Assembly (NCBI RefSeq): GCF_963921235.1
Contig: NC_086108.1
Span: 21,700,001 to 21,764,000, forward strand
Source: Mobula hypostoma
Lineage: Eukaryota
Length of the DNA: 64,000 nt
Direction of reading: 5' to 3'
Shown piece by piece: positions 62,370-64,000 of this stretch; position 1 is the stretch's first letter, and every line of letters begins with the position of its first letter. The notes beneath the pieces are model-generated. The model saw only the letters and a list, made by a program, of their open reading frames with translations. It was not told the origin of the DNA and ran no database searches. The position numbers and the translations under genes were made by a program.

Positions 62370-63530
62370 TTTCGTTAATTTAGTTTACTGTCATATACAC
62401 TGGGATGTAATGAAATTCCTTGATCAAATGAAACTTACAGAGTAACAGCATACATGATAATAATAAATACAATAATGTGTGTAAAATAAAAGAATGGTAC
62501 AAATTATAGTGTTGTATTATAGCAGCAAACTGAAGTAGGGCATAAGGAAACGTTAAACGGAAGAGGTAGAATCAAGGGTTCAAGAATGTGGCTGCACAAC
62601 AGGAAAGGGGATGTGAAACGGGTGATTGGTTCAGAAGTCTGATGGCGTTGAGAAAGAAGTTCTTGAGTCTGGTCATCCAGGCTTTCAAGCTCCTCTATCT
62701 TCTCCTAGAAGGAAGAAGATAAAAATGGGAATGGCCAGGGTGGTAAGCATCCTTAACTACACTGTTAGCCTTATTGATGTAACACACCATGGACTGGATG
62801 GAAGGAAGTGATGAGTCTTTGACTGATTGGGCAAGGTTTACTTCTCTCTTCAGGTTCCAATGAGACAGCAGAGCAGTTGTCAGTCCAAGCCATGATGCAA
62901 TCCATCAGGATACTCTCTATAGTGCATCTAGAAAGTTCAGATAATCCCTGTGGATGATCTAAATCTTATTATCCTCTTAACAAAGTGTATACCTGATGCA
63001 CTTCCTTGATCATTCGTTAATATGGTGAGACCACATCAGGTTTCTGGTGACAAGTATGCCAAGGAAATTGAAGCAGTTAACCATCTCCACAACAGTCCTT
63101 TGATGAGAACAGAGTAGGGTTCACCACTCCCAGCTCCCTGCTTCCTTAGGCCAGGAGCCAGCTTAGGTGTGTTGATGGCATTAAGGGTTAGGTACCATTT
63201 CACAAGATCAAGTTGGCGCTGAATTTGAACCTCTCAGGGAGTAGAACAGAGGAATGAGCATGGCAGCCCTTGGGAGCACCAGTACTGTGAATTAGGATGG
63301 ATGAAATGTTACCACCATTCCTACCAACTGAGGCCTGTCGGTCAGAAGGTCAAGAAGCCAGTCGCAGATGGGGTCCCAAGGCCTAGGTTCAAGAGTTTAC
63401 AATGAGATCATGTATTATGGTGTTGAAAGTTGAGCTGTAATCAATGAATAATATCTTAAGATGTGTATTCTTATTGTCAAGGTGATCCAAAGTTGAATGT
63501 AGTGCAAGGGAAATGAATCCTCTGTTGATT
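62370..63530 (-). mobile_element. Very old Rex1/L2-like LINE remnant
   Basis: Minus strand attgattacagctcaactttcaacacc (DYSS.FNT), gtgctcccaagggctgc (APQGC-like) and gagagtatcctgatggattgcatc segments. Confidence 0.6.
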
Positions 63531-64000
63531 TTTTTTTTGCCTGTATGTAAAATTACCTCCAGAAGGATGCAGGTTTGAAAATGATGGAAAAGACCAGATG
63601 ATCATTCAAACTAGACTCAACACCTAATGTTGGCAGCCACAGTCTATCTCCAAACTGTGCTCTCTGAATCCTTCCATGCACTGTGTAATTGAGAACTGGA
63701 TTTGTGTGTACACTTAAATTAATTAGGTCAATTAATTAAAATGAATCTCAAGGTTGTATATGGTGACATTTGTGTACTTTGATAATAAATTTACTTTGAA
63801 ATTCATTGAAGGTTCATTGTTATAGACCTCCACCTCTCACAGTTTTTACTTACTGGTCAAATTACAAGCAAAAAAGAAAAGATACATCTCCTTAATGGTT
63901 TGAAACAGCTGTGCATGGAACCTTGAGATCAGCACCCACCCAACCCCATCCCCATCCTCATCTTCCCTCAAGTACTGACACTTCAACAATATAGTAGATA

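Overview
Repeat-dominated vertebrate genomic DNA. The mix of CR1 LINEs, a V-SINE/HE1-like element, Rex1, Penelope and Gypsy elements suggests a cartilaginous fish such as a ray (inference). It is not prokaryotic: no operons, CRISPR arrays or rRNA were found. One probable host gene starts at a CpG island near 37.4-38.0 kb and runs on the minus strand towards base 1. Exon 1 encodes MAADFSELMNVAGCEIGSGSWDRDW; I could not identify the gene, and downstream exons are only tentative. Most of the rest is nested mobile elements: CR1, Rex1/Babar, L1 and RTE-X LINEs, a near-intact Penelope element with a minimal hammerhead ribozyme, Tigger/mariner and hAT-Charlie non-autonomous DNA transposons, a decayed PNMA-type Gypsy element, and a sushi-type chromovirus with Tf1-like self-priming signals plus a miniature relative and a solo LTR. 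The most unusual item is a young Gmr1-type element nested in the chromovirus. It has 853-bp LTRs with about 5 differences, an intact SCAN-type gag, an in-frame TGA-CTG stop, and a pol ORF that lost its integrase and RT cores through several deletions yet stays open for 506 codons. Boundaries without a stated TSD or TIR are approximate, and all family calls come from motif recognition by eye, not database searches.
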